Source of the DNA: an uncultured Gemmatimonadales bacterium
GTDB lineage: Bacteria > Gemmatimonadota > Gemmatimonadetes > Longimicrobiales > Gaopeijiaceae
NCBI GenBank assembly: GCA_963809895.1
Contig: CAWELD010000003.1
Coordinates: 3,072,001 to 3,136,000 of the forward strand
Direction of reading: 5' to 3'
Length of the DNA: 64,000 nucleotides
Numbering within the stretch: the first letter of the stretch is position 1; each line of letters begins with the position of its first letter. The position numbers were made by a program, and so were the translations under genes. The notes beneath the pieces are model-generated. The model was given only the letters and a program-made list of their open reading frames with translations, ran no database searches and was not told the DNA's origin. Below, piece after piece: positions 49,012-58,337 of the stretch.

Positions 49012-51438
49012 ATGCGGTACGCCCTCCGCTCGCTGCTGAAAGCGCCTGTCTTTTCCTTCCTGGTCATCCTCACGGTCTCGCTGGGGATCGGCGCCACCAC
49101 CGCGGTCTTCTGTGTCTTCCGTGGCGTGCTGCTACGACCACTTCCTCACGAGGGCGGCGACCGCATCGTCTACCTGAAACAGTCGGCGGCGAAGGCGGGG
49201 ACCGACGACGTGAAGTTCTCCGTCCCGGAGATCATCGACTTTCGCGAAGGGGTCGACGCGTTGGACGGGGTCGCCGAGTTCTCCGCCATGCCGTTCACCA
49301 TGCTCGGCGCCGGCACGCCGACCGAGGTGCGCACAGGCATCGTCAGCGCCAACTACTTCGAGGTGATGGGGCTGAGCCCGGTATTGGGCCGCGTCCTGGG
49401 GCCGGGAGACGCCGGCCCCACCGCCGATCCGGTCATGATCCTCACCTGGGAATATTGGCGTCGCGCCTTCGGCGAGGACCCGTCGGTGCTGGGCCGCACC
49501 GTGGAGATGAACGGCCGCTCGGCGACCATCGTCGGGGTGCTCGAGCCCGCGCCCCCGTTTCCAGGCGAGACGGACGTGTTCGTGAACATCGTGACGAGCC
49601 CCCACCACATGAGCGCGGAGATGGTGCACGGCCGTTCGCACCGCATGGACGACGCGTTCGCGCGTCTGGCGCCCGGCGCTACCATCGACGCGGCGCGCCG
49701 GGAGCTGGCACAGGTCACGAACCGGATGTACGCCGACTATCCGGAGAACTACGATCCGGCAGCGGGCTACGAGACGACGGTCGTGCCGCTACGAGAGGCG
49801 CTGGTGGCCAGAGCCCGCACGACGCTCTATCTGCTCATGGCCGCCGCGGGCCTCCTCCTCGTGGTGACCTGTGCGAACGCGGCGAACCTGGTGCTCACGC
49901 GCAATCTCCGCCGGGACCGGGAGTTCGCCGTGCGTTGGGCCCTGGGCGCCGGCCGGGCGGGACTGCGCCGCATCCTCCTGACGGAGTGCGGAATCCTGGC
50001 CGGCGTGGGCGCGCTGCTGGGGCTGGGTTTCGCGTACCTGGGCCTGGGCCTGCTGGTGCACTTCGCCGAGCGCTTCACGACCCGCGCCAGCGAGATCCAC
50101 ATGGATCCGGCGGTCCTGGCCTTCACGACGGCGGTGGCTTGCCTGGCAGCCGTGGCGTTCGCTTTCGCGCCGGGACTGCGCGATCAGGAGGGTACGGGCG
50201 CGGCCCTCACGCGCTCGGGCGCGCGCACGACCCGGAGCGGACGACGGCTGCAGCGAGGGCTCATCGTCGCCCAGGTGGGGGGTAGCGTCACCGTGCTGAC
50301 GGCAGCCGGCCTGCTGGGTCGCACGCTGCTGGCGCTCAACGCCGTGGACCCCGGGGTGCGGGTGGAGAACACGCTCACCCTGGAAGCTCCGGTCACGATG
50401 GAGGGTCGGATGCCCGACGAGGTCGTCGCCCTCCAGGAGGAGATGGCGCGTCGGATCGGGTCCCTCCCGGGCGTCGAGGACGTGGGCGTGGGGCTGAGCG
50501 TCCCGCTGCGCGGCAGCCTGGTCAAACTGGAGATCAAGGCGGAAGCGCGTCCGCTGGCCCCGGGCGAGCCGATCCCCCTCGCCGAGTACCGGACGGCGAC
50601 GCCGGAGTTCTTCGACGCGGCCGGGATGCGGATCCTCGCGGGCCGGGGGTTCGCCGCGACGGACGAGGCAGGCAGCGCCCGGGTGGCCGTCGTAAACCAG
50701 GCGCTGGCCGAGCGGCTCTTCGGCGATGAGGACCCCCTGGGCAGGCGGGTCACGTGGACGGGTCAGGTGCTGTCCGCCATCGGCATGAAGGAGGACTGGC
50801 GTACCATCGTGGGCGTGGTGAGCAACACGCGTGACGACGGCCCGGATCAGCCCCCGCCGCCGACGCTCTATCAGCCCCTCACGCAGAACGACCTGGCCTA
50901 CTATCCGGGCGCCTTCGTCATCCGCGGCGCGCAGGCGTCCGCGCTGGCCCCGCAGGTGCAGCGGATCATCAACGAGATGGCGCCGGAGCAACCGGTGCTC
51001 CGGGTCGCCACGCTGGAGCAGATCCGCCAGGAGAAGATCGCCGCCGAGCGGCTCAACACGTTCCTGGTGGGGACGCTGGGGATGCTGGCCCTCGTCATCG
51101 CGGCGGTGGGGCTCGCCGGCGTGCTCTCCTTCCTGGTGAGCGAGCGTACCGCGGAGATCGGCATCCGCATGAGCCTTGGTGCGGACGCACGCACGGTTCT
51201 GCGGATGGTTCTGGGAGACGGAGTGCGCCTTCTGGCAGCCGGCAGCGTGCTTGGCTTGCTGGGTTCGCTGGCAGTGGCGCGACTCCTCCAGGGACTGCTC
51301 TACGGGACCCAGGCCACCGACCCCCGCACCCTGGCGGTCGTGCTCCTTGTGATGACCACCGTCGGCCTGGGGGCGACGGCGGGTCCCGCCATGCGAGCCG
51401 CCAGGGTTGATCCCCTGGAGGCGATCCGCAAGGAGTGA
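49012..51438 (+). CDS. Duplicated ABC permease (ADOP family)
   Basis: MRYALRSLLKAPVF, CANAANL and EIGIRMSLGA; start 48982 or 49012. Confidence 0.92.
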   Translation: MRYALRSLLKAPVFSFLVILTVSLGIGATTAVFCVFRGVLLRPLPHEGGDRIVYLKQSAAKAGTDDVKFSVPEIIDFREGVDALDGVAEFSAMPFTMLGAGTPTEVRTGIVSANYFEVMGLSPVLGRVLGPGDAGPTADPVMILTWEYWRRAFGEDPSVLGRTVEMNGRSATIVGVLEPAPPFPGETDVFVNIVTSPHHMSAEMVHGRSHRMDDAFARLAPGATIDAARRELAQVTNRMYADYPENYDPAAGYETTVVPLREALVARARTTLYLLMAAAGLLLVVTCANAANLVLTRNLRRDREFAVRWALGAGRAGLRRILLTECGILAGVGALLGLGFAYLGLGLLVHFAERFTTRASEIHMDPAVLAFTTAVACLAAVAFAFAPGLRDQEGTGAALTRSGARTTRSGRRLQRGLIVAQVGGSVTVLTAAGLLGRTLLALNAVDPGVRVENTLTLEAPVTMEGRMPDEVVALQEEMARRIGSLPGVEDVGVGLSVPLRGSLVKLEIKAEARPLAPGEPIPLAEYRTATPEFFDAAGMRILAGRGFAATDEAGSARVAVVNQALAERLFGDEDPLGRRVTWTGQVLSAIGMKEDWRTIVGVVSNTRDDGPDQPPPPTLYQPLTQNDLAYYPGAFVIRGAQASALAPQVQRIINEMAPEQPVLRVATLEQIRQEKIAAERLNTFLVGTLGMLALVIAAVGLAGVLSFLVSERTAEIGIRMSLGADARTVLRMVLGDGVRLLAAGSVLGLLGSLAVARLLQGLLYGTQATDPRTLAVVLLVMTTVGLGATAGPAMRAARVDPLEAIRKE

Positions 51439-51468
51439 CATCCGGAACGCGCTCGCCGGCCGTGCCTT

Positions 51469-51504
51469 TGTCGAATCCGGCGTCGCCCGTTCGTAGCAGG
51501 GGTG
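51469..51504 (+). promoter_or_regulatory. ECF42-like promoter copy 2
   Basis: TGTCGA-N13-CGTTCGTAG directly upstream of the DGPF gene. Confidence 0.7.
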
Positions 51505-51552
51505 AACGGCTGCCCATCCGGCGGCCACCCACGCGAGAGGAGATATTCCGAG

Positions 51553-51882
51553 ATGCACTACCTGGTTTCCGTGATCGATGACGGTACCGGCGCCGCCACT
51601 TCCGCCGAGATGGAGGCCATCGACGTATTCAACGAGCGGCTCCAGGCCGACGGTCACTGGGTCTACGCCAACGGCCTCGCAGCGCCCGACGCCGCCACCG
51701 TCGTCGATGGTCGCGGTGAGGAGCCCATCTTCACCGACGGTCCGTTCGTGGAAACCAAGGAGTACCTCGCCGGCTTCTGGATCCTCGAGGCGCCCGATCT
51801 CGATGCGGCGCTCGAGCTCGCCGCCGAGGGTTCGAAGGCCTGCAATCGCAGGGTCGAGGTCCGGCCAGTCCTGAGCGAGTAG
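51553..51882 (+). CDS. YciI/DGPF family protein
   Basis: TDGPFVETKEYLAGFW and VEVRP. Confidence 0.93.
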   Translation: MHYLVSVIDDGTGAATSAEMEAIDVFNERLQADGHWVYANGLAAPDAATVVDGRGEEPIFTDGPFVETKEYLAGFWILEAPDLDAALELAAEGSKACNRRVEVRPVLSE

Positions 51883-51884
51883 GC

Positions 51885-53153
51885 GTGCCTGACGTCGGCG
51901 AGGCGGTCACGCGGGCGCACCGGGACGAGTGGGCGCGGGTGGTCGCCGCGGTGGCCCGGCGCTTCGGCGATCTCGACATCGCAGAGGATGCCGCGGCCGA
52001 AGCGTTCGCAACCGCCGTGGAACGGTGGCGGGCCGACGGCGTCCCCCCCAATCCCGGTGCATGGCTCACCACCACCGCCATCCGCAAGGCCATCGACTGG
52101 GTCCGGCGTGAGAGCAAGCGCGACGACAGGCAGAAGACGGCCCACATGCTGTATGCACCGGACGCACCCGTGCCGGCGCCGCGCGAGGTGATCGAAGACG
52201 AGCGACTGCGTCTGATCTTCACCTGCTGTCACCCGGCGCTGGCCATGGAGGCGCGGGTGGCGTTGACGCTGCGCCTGGTGGGCGGTCTCACCGTTCCCGA
52301 GATCGCCCGGGCCTTTCTGGTACGCGAGACCACCATGGGGCAACGGATCACACGGGCCAAGGCCAAGATCAGGGCGGCTCGGATCCCCTTCCGGACGCCA
52401 CCCGCGAAGGATCTGCCGGCGCGTGTCTCCGGCGTGCTCGCCGTGCTCTTCCTGGTGTTCAACGAGGGATACCTGGCGAGCGGCGCCGACACGGATCCGA
52501 TCCGCGAGGACCTTACCGGCGAGGCGATCCGGCTCACCCGACTGATCCGCTTGCTCCTGCCCGACGACGGCGAAGTGGCCGGCCTGCTGGCGCTGATGCT
52601 CCTTACCGAGGCTCGGCGCGCCACCCGGGTGTCGCCAGAGGGCGAACTGGTCACCCTCGCCGAGCAGGATCGCAGCCGGTGGGACGCGTCGCTGATCGCC
52701 GAGGGTCACGCGCTGGTGCGCGAGCGACTGGCCAAGGGCGTCGCGCCAGGTCGATATCAGATTCTCGCGGCGATCAACGCCGTGCACACCGACGCCCAGC
52801 ACGTCCGCGACACCGACTGGCAGCAGGTCGTCGCGCTCTACGACCAACTGGTCGCGCTGGATCCGTCGCCGATCGTCGCCCTCAACCGGGCGGTGGCGGT
52901 CGCGGAGGTGGACGGCCCGGGCGCGGGACTCGCTGCGGTCGAGCCACTCGGAGATGCCCTGGCCGATTATCACGCCTACCACGCCACCCGGGCCGATCTG
53001 CTGCGCCGGCTGGGACGCACTCAGGCGTCGCGGGCCGCGTACGACAGGGCCATCGAGCTGACCGCCAACCGCGCCGAGGTTGCGTACCTCATACGACAGC
53101 GCGATCGGCTCGAGCGGGTCGAGCACGCATCTCACACGAAACGAGGAGACTGA
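51885..53153 (+). CDS. ECF sigma factor with DUF6596/TPR extension (ECF42 type)
   Basis: GVPPNPGAWL, DERLRLIFTCCHPAL, LVFNEGY and ALNRAVA; flanked by DGPF genes. Confidence 0.93.
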   Translation: MPDVGEAVTRAHRDEWARVVAAVARRFGDLDIAEDAAAEAFATAVERWRADGVPPNPGAWLTTTAIRKAIDWVRRESKRDDRQKTAHMLYAPDAPVPAPREVIEDERLRLIFTCCHPALAMEARVALTLRLVGGLTVPEIARAFLVRETTMGQRITRAKAKIRAARIPFRTPPAKDLPARVSGVLAVLFLVFNEGYLASGADTDPIREDLTGEAIRLTRLIRLLLPDDGEVAGLLALMLLTEARRATRVSPEGELVTLAEQDRSRWDASLIAEGHALVRERLAKGVAPGRYQILAAINAVHTDAQHVRDTDWQQVVALYDQLVALDPSPIVALNRAVAVAEVDGPGAGLAAVEPLGDALADYHAYHATRADLLRRLGRTQASRAAYDRAIELTANRAEVAYLIRQRDRLERVEHASHTKRGD

Positions 53154-53156
53154 ATC

Positions 53157-53525
53157 ATGCCAAGGTATCTGGTAGCGGCGTACCTCCCCGACGACTACGA
53201 CCGGTCGGGCGAGAGCGAGGGGACGGCGGCGGCGATCCACGCGCTCAATGCCGACATGGAAGCGGCCGGCGCGCTGAAGTTCGCGTGTGGCGTGTCACCG
53301 GCCAGCGCCGCCAAGACGCTGAGAAAGGAGCCCGACGGCGAGGTGCTCGTCACCGACGGACCCTACATCGAGACGAAGGAACACATCGCTGGCTTCCTGC
53401 TGCTGGAGGCGGCGGACATGGACGAGGTGCTCGCGTGGGCACGGAAGGGTGCCGGGGTCCTGGCGGGACCGGTCGAGGTGCGGGAGCTCTACTTCCAGCC
53501 GGACCCGGGAGAAGCGACGGGGTGA
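53157..53525 (+). CDS. YciI/DGPF family protein
   Basis: VTDGPYIETKEHIAGF and VEVRE. Confidence 0.92.
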   Translation: MPRYLVAAYLPDDYDRSGESEGTAAAIHALNADMEAAGALKFACGVSPASAAKTLRKEPDGEVLVTDGPYIETKEHIAGFLLLEAADMDEVLAWARKGAGVLAGPVEVRELYFQPDPGEATG

Positions 53526-53596
53526 CGCCCGTCGGAGGCCTCCCGGGCCGGAGGCCTTCGCAGGACTCGCCGATCGCTGGCGCCCCGGGGTGGAGG

Positions 53597-53668
53597 CCCG
53601 GACATCCGGATCCTGGAGATCGCCGCGCGGCATCACCACAGCGGTGTGCGACTCTCGGGACCAGAACG
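53597..53668 (+). pseudogene. Internally deleted remnant of the AbiEi/DUF559 gene
   Basis: 53597-632 matches 58352-387 (35/36); 53637-668 matches 59209-240 (25/32). Confidence 0.75.
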
Positions 53669-53878
53669 CACAGGTGCCGGGTTCCGCCGGACCCGAGACC
53701 GCCGGACCCGACGCCCGTGCGCGCGGGACACGGGAGACGCGCGGAACCCGTGAAACGCGCGAGGCTTCCCGGTCGAAGGCACGGGGGCAGAGGCCGCGGC
53801 GCGCGCATGATCGTCACCGCCGCGGGGGGCATGATCTTGGCGGCTGTGGACGACCATGGTCATGGCACTGCCAGGCGG

Positions 53879-54056
53879 ACATGGTCTTTGCAGCCATCAA
53901 CCGTGAGGCCACCACCGGTCGGCTGCGAACGCCAGGATTATCATGGTGTCCGCCGCCCGGAACCTCTGCCACTCCCCCCGTGGCTGCGAACGCCAGGATA
54001 GTCATGGTCTCTGCAGCCATCCCCCCGGCCTTCCAGCGTCGCTGGCTGCGAACCCC
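53879..54056. repeat. Palindromic repeat element copy B
   Basis: Units at 53921-957 and 53982-54018; spacers 25/24/25 bp. Confidence 0.9.
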
Positions 54057-54205
54057 GCGCCGCGCGCGCCCGGCTACCGTCTGACACCCCGTCGTCCGCC
54101 ATCCCGGAGCCGACAGTGTCGGCGAGAGTGGCAGGGGTGTCCTGCGTTGCTTGGTGCCGGCGCATGAAGCTCTCCAGGCAGGTGCTCACGGAACCTGTCC
54201 GTCCG

Positions 54206-55702
54206 CTACACGCGCTCCGCCCAGGCCACGATGCCGCGGATCATGCCCTTGAAGATGAGGGCGTGGAGGGGATAGACGGCGTACCAGTACAGCAGCCCGG
54301 GAAGGCCGACGGGGTCGAAGATGGCGGTCTGACGTATGTTCGACCCTTCGGCGGTCGCGTTGACCTCGAACTGAAGCCAGGCGCGACCGGGTAGCTTCAT
54401 TTCGGCGTGCAGGCGGAGCAGTCGATCCTCCTCGACGGCCTCGACCCGCCAGAAGTCGACGGCGTCTCCGGGGCGGAGCCGGTCGGGATCGCGGCGGCCA
54501 CGGCGTGAGCCGACACCACCCACGAGGAGATCGAGGAAGCCCCGCAGCCGCCACAGCCAGTCGGCGTAGTAGTAGCCGTGGTCGCCGCCGATTCGCCGCA
54601 CGGCTGCGAACGCGCGGGCTGGGGGAACGGGCACCGACGCCGTGCGCGAGTCGACTCTCCGTAGCCCGAACGCGGCACCGCCGTACGGATGATCCGGTGG
54701 GGTCGACGGGAAGGCGTCGTTCCAGCGCGTCTCCGCAAGCTCGCGGTCCTCGTTGGCCAGGGCGCGGGCGATGGCCTCCGCGACCGGGCGCGGTGCGATC
54801 CCGGGAAAGAGCCGGCCCGCCGCGTCCGAGTCCACCACGGTCTCGTTGCGCAGGCTGTCGATGAGCTTGCGCCCGACCCGGGCGTAGAGCGGGGTCACCA
54901 GACCGAGCCAGAGGCTGGAGAGCCAGGGAGTCAGGACCGGAACGGGGATCATGAAACGGCGCAGGCCCCGCTGACGCGCGTACTCGAGCATGAGCTCGCG
55001 ATACGACAGCCGGTCCGGCCCCCCGACCTCCACCACGCGGCCACCGTCGGGGAGGGGGACCTCCAGCGCCGCGACCAGATAGGCGAGCACGTCTTCGATG
55101 GCGATGGGCTGCGCCCGCGTCGCGACCCAACGCGGCGTGATCATGATCGGGAGCTTCTCCACCAGCGACCGGAGCATCTCGAAGGACAGGCTCCCCGAGC
55201 CGAGGATGATGGACGCTCGAAACTCGAGGGTCGGGATGCCCGACGCCCGCAGGATCCTTCCCACCTCCTGACGGCTCTCCAGGTGCGACGACAGGCCGTC
55301 GCCCTCCCCCAGCCCGCCCAGGTAGACGATCCTGCGCACCCCTGCCGAGAGGGCCGCCGCCGCGAACCCCTCCGCCGCCCGGCGATCCCGCTCCCGGAAG
55401 TCGTCACCGGCGTTCATCGAGTGGATGAGGTAGTAGGCCGCGTCGACGTCCCGGAGCGGCTCGGCCAGCGAGCGCGGATCCAGCGCGTCACCCGCTGTGA
55501 CCTCGACACCGGCGGGCACCCGCGCCTGGAGGAACTGGGGGCGCCGAGAGATGCAGCGCACCGTGTGGCCTGCGTCCAGAAGCGGCCGCAGAAGCCGCCC
55601 GCCGACGTAGCCGCTGCCCCCCGTCACGAGAACCCGTAGGCGGCCGTCAGCGGGTGCCCGGTCCGGGAGGCGCTCCGGGGCCTCCATCGTGTCAGAGCTC
55701 AT
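54206..55702 (-). CDS. NAD(P)-binding SDR-like oxidoreductase with DUF2867 (YbjT-like)
   Basis: VLVTGGSGYVGG, YYLIHSM, HLESRQEV and AEMKLPGRAWLQF; ATGA-coupled to the upstream gene. Confidence 0.92.
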   Translation of the reverse strand: MSSDTMEAPERLPDRAPADGRLRVLVTGGSGYVGGRLLRPLLDAGHTVRCISRRPQFLQARVPAGVEVTAGDALDPRSLAEPLRDVDAAYYLIHSMNAGDDFRERDRRAAEGFAAAALSAGVRRIVYLGGLGEGDGLSSHLESRQEVGRILRASGIPTLEFRASIILGSGSLSFEMLRSLVEKLPIMITPRWVATRAQPIAIEDVLAYLVAALEVPLPDGGRVVEVGGPDRLSYRELMLEYARQRGLRRFMIPVPVLTPWLSSLWLGLVTPLYARVGRKLIDSLRNETVVDSDAAGRLFPGIAPRPVAEAIARALANEDRELAETRWNDAFPSTPPDHPYGGAAFGLRRVDSRTASVPVPPARAFAAVRRIGGDHGYYYADWLWRLRGFLDLLVGGVGSRRGRRDPDRLRPGDAVDFWRVEAVEEDRLLRLHAEMKLPGRAWLQFEVNATAEGSNIRQTAIFDPVGLPGLLYWYAVYPLHALIFKGMIRGIVAWAERV

Positions 55703-56580
55703 CCCTTCCAGCCGGGCCGTCGCAACACCAACACCGGCGTCCGGTCCCGATATTCTCGATATTCCGGGTCGTCTCCCCACTTCATCCGGGCTCGTTCTTC
55801 CAGAGGGGGGATGCCGCTGATGCGGGTCAGCAGGAGAAGGACGAAGACCGGCGACACGAGCGTCACGTATCGCCAGCCTTCGAGCTCAGGAAGGGCGATC
55901 AGCGCCACACCGAACCAGAGCACGATTTCTCCGAAGTAGTTGGGGTGGCGTGACCACGCCCACAGGCCGCTCTGAATGAAACGCCCTCTGTTTTCCGGCT
56001 CTTCGCGGAATCGTCTCTTCTGGCGGTCGGCAACGACCTCGATGGAAAAGCCGATGGCCCAGATCAGGATACCGAACGCCGCAGCGACTCCCAGAGGCTG
56101 CGCGCCCTCGCCCGTAATGGCGGCCAGCGCGCACGCCAGGGTCAGGAAGACCCACAATCCCTGAAGGGTCCATGCCGCGAGGAAACGCGAAAAGCTGGAC
56201 CGCATTTCGTCGAAGCGAGCATCCTTCCCCTCACGGTTGATGCGCGCGAACAAGAAGGCACCGAGCCGAACCGCCCAGACCAGCACGAGCGCGCCCAGAA
56301 GGAGCGATCGGGCATCTTCCGCGTCTGACGCCACGAGCGCAGACACGATGACGGCCACGTACGTGAGGCTTCCGGTGAGGTCGAAGAAGCGCTCGGTGCG
56401 GGCTCGATACGACGGCACGAACACGATCCAGTTGATCGTGAACGCGAGCACCCCGCAGACGGTGAAGACCGGCAGTCGGCCCACCCTGACGCCCCCCTGG
56501 CTTCCCGCCCACGCGACCGCCGCCCCCACGGCCAAGACGACGGGGATGACGGCCAAAGCTCGTTGTTCGGGCCGATTCAT
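55699..56580 (-). CDS. DUF1295 family membrane protein (steroid 5-alpha reductase-like)
   Basis: FFDLTGSLTY, WAVRLG, GLWAWSRHPNYFGE and SGIPPLE. Confidence 0.92.
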   Translation of the reverse strand: MNRPEQRALAVIPVVLAVGAAVAWAGSQGGVRVGRLPVFTVCGVLAFTINWIVFVPSYRARTERFFDLTGSLTYVAVIVSALVASDAEDARSLLLGALVLVWAVRLGAFLFARINREGKDARFDEMRSSFSRFLAAWTLQGLWVFLTLACALAAITGEGAQPLGVAAAFGILIWAIGFSIEVVADRQKRRFREEPENRGRFIQSGLWAWSRHPNYFGEIVLWFGVALIALPELEGWRYVTLVSPVFVLLLLTRISGIPPLEERARMKWGDDPEYREYRDRTPVLVLRRPGWKG

Positions 56581-56590
56581 GGTGCAGGCC

Positions 56591-56983
56591 TCACGTCCTG
56601 GACAGCGATAGGGTGCATCCACGAAGGGAGCGCAGCCGTTCTCCAGCGGACGCCGGGGACTTCGCCCGGTGCGCGGCCGCAGCCGTGCGCAACCCACAAT
56701 GGCGCAGCCGCGCGCCGGCACGCCACCGCTCCGGCCCTGGGGACCACGGCCATGGTCGCCGGCCCTCGCCGCGGTTAGACTCCGTTACGCCCTCGTCGGC
56801 GACCCGCTGGTTCCCCGCCCCGGAGAACGACGTGCCGAACGCCTTCACGATCTCCCGCTCCCACCTCTTCTCCACCTCGGACGTCGACCTCCGAAACGAG
56901 ATCACCGGCCACACGGGGAGCGAGACGGAGACCTCGAGCATTCTTCGGTCCATCGACCGCTTCGGTAGCGACACGTCGATCAC
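56591..56983 (-). CDS. Possible small hypothetical protein (boundaries uncertain)
   Basis: First ~70 codons have high GC3; both ends may be frameshifted. Confidence 0.3.
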   Translation of the reverse strand: MIDVSLPKRSMDRRMLEVSVSLPVWPVISFRRSTSEVEKRWEREIVKAFGTSFSGAGNQRVADEGVTESNRGEGRRPWPWSPGPERWRAGARLRHCGLRTAAAAHRAKSPASAGERLRSLRGCTLSLSRT

Positions 56984-57080
56984 CGGCTACCAGGTCCACC
57001 CCAGTCCGGCGCGAGCCACGCGTGTGGTTCCGGCCCGCGTCGCCTGGACGGTGCACGCACTGAGGGTATGAAGCGCGCGA

Positions 57081-57263
57081 TCAGCGCTCCGGGCGGCGGC
57101 GGATCCGGTTCTTCACCGAGTCGAAGCGGACGCCACGCATCCGCTTGACGCCGCTGCTCGTATCCTTGTAGACCCTTTTTCGGGTCGGGGGGCTTCCGTC
57201 CTCGTCGGACCAGAAGTAGGGGCTCGGTACGCCGTTCTTTCGGTCGATCTTCTTCCTGGCCAT
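57081..57263 (-). CDS. Small basic hypothetical protein (60 aa)
   Basis: GGAG upstream; MARKKIDRKNGVPSPYFW... Confidence 0.6.
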   Translation of the reverse strand: MARKKIDRKNGVPSPYFWSDEDGSPPTRKRVYKDTSSGVKRMRGVRFDSVKNRIRRRPER

Positions 57264-57325
57264 GGCTCGGCTCCGCTGTGCGGTGAGAAGGCTCCGTCGA
57301 TCGGTCGACCGGCGAAGATGGAGCA

Positions 57326-57655
57326 CTACCCTGCTTCGTCCGCGTCCGGATCGAGGTGGCCGTCCGTGGTGGACCTGCGCAGCTTCGCCACCTTGAGAGC
57401 CCAGTCGAGCTCACTTTCCGGACGATGATCCGGCATCCGGCCATCGGTCACGGCCCGGAGGAGATCCTCGGTCCTGTGGCGAAGCCCCTGATGATCCACG
57501 TGGGCGTGGCAGGCGTTCAGCAGATGGATGAGGCGGGCGATTTCGGCCTGATCGAGCCTGTGCGCCAGCGCCAGCGGCTCGATCCCGAGCTCTTCCGCTG
57601 CCGTCTGGATCGCCAGGACGGCGAACTGAGCGAGTTGGCCGTCGAGATCGTTCAT
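57326..57655 (-). CDS. Hypothetical protein
   Basis: MNDLDGQLAQF...; ATGA overlap with the upstream ORF. Confidence 0.65.
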   Translation of the reverse strand: MNDLDGQLAQFAVLAIQTAAEELGIEPLALAHRLDQAEIARLIHLLNACHAHVDHQGLRHRTEDLLRAVTDGRMPDHRPESELDWALKVAKLRRSTTDGHLDPDADEAG

Positions 57656-57951
57656 GGCACGTCCCACATCACAGGGGAAATCGGGCTGCTCCCGAGGGGG
57701 GATACCCGGATGTTGGCCGCAGATGCGAAGAACGGTGCCTTGCGCCCGTCGTCCATCGACAGCTCGAGCAGGCGCCCGCCCGAGCCCGTCCGGCCGAGGT
57801 GGCGCACCACCACGGCCGTCCCTTCGTGGGTCAGGACCCGCTCACCCGGCGAAGGCAGCCTGTCGGCGCCGCTCACCGATCCCGGGCAGCGCGCCGGGTC
57901 GACGCGCAGGGCGTTGATACCGCGGGGCCGCTCGATCATCGCGTCCTGCAT
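57652..57951 (-). CDS. Hypothetical protein (SH3-like beta-rich by eye)
   Basis: LPSPGERVLTHEGTAVVVRHLGRT...LLEL; coupled to the downstream ORF. Confidence 0.55.
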   Translation of the reverse strand: MQDAMIERPRGINALRVDPARCPGSVSGADRLPSPGERVLTHEGTAVVVRHLGRTGSGGRLLELSMDDGRKAPFFASAANIRVSPLGSSPISPVMWDVP

Positions 57952-58000
57952 CTCCAACTCTCCCGGGCCCGGGGGCCTCGTGTGCGGGCCAGGGAGAAAC

Positions 58001-58030
58001 AAAAAAAAACCCGGGCATCAGCGCCCAGGT
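58001..58030 (-). terminator. Intrinsic terminator in the 5' leader of the 57951 operon
   Basis: Minus strand ACCUGGGCG-CUGA-UGCCCGGGU followed by a U-run (A9 at 58001-58009). Confidence 0.8.
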
Positions 58031-58337
58031 TCGTTTCCTTTCTGGCATCCGGACCTTGCCGGATCGATTGCCGCTCTTGAAGCTCGCGGGACCCTCGGGG
58101 AGCGTCAAGGCACGGTCACGCCCGCATCGTCTCGAGGAAGACGCCCGTTCGGGCAGCCGTGCCGAGGACGGCCGCGGCGGTGGCTCTGCGAGCGACTCCG
58201 CCGGCCGATACCCGAAGGGGGCAGCGCCGCTGCCGAGCCGGCGCGTCCGAGTCGCCGCGGCCACGCTGCGGGCTCGGGCGGTTCCCCATGTCGCATCCCG
58301 CCATGGCTTCGCCCTGGAGAGCCGATGATTCTCCGGT

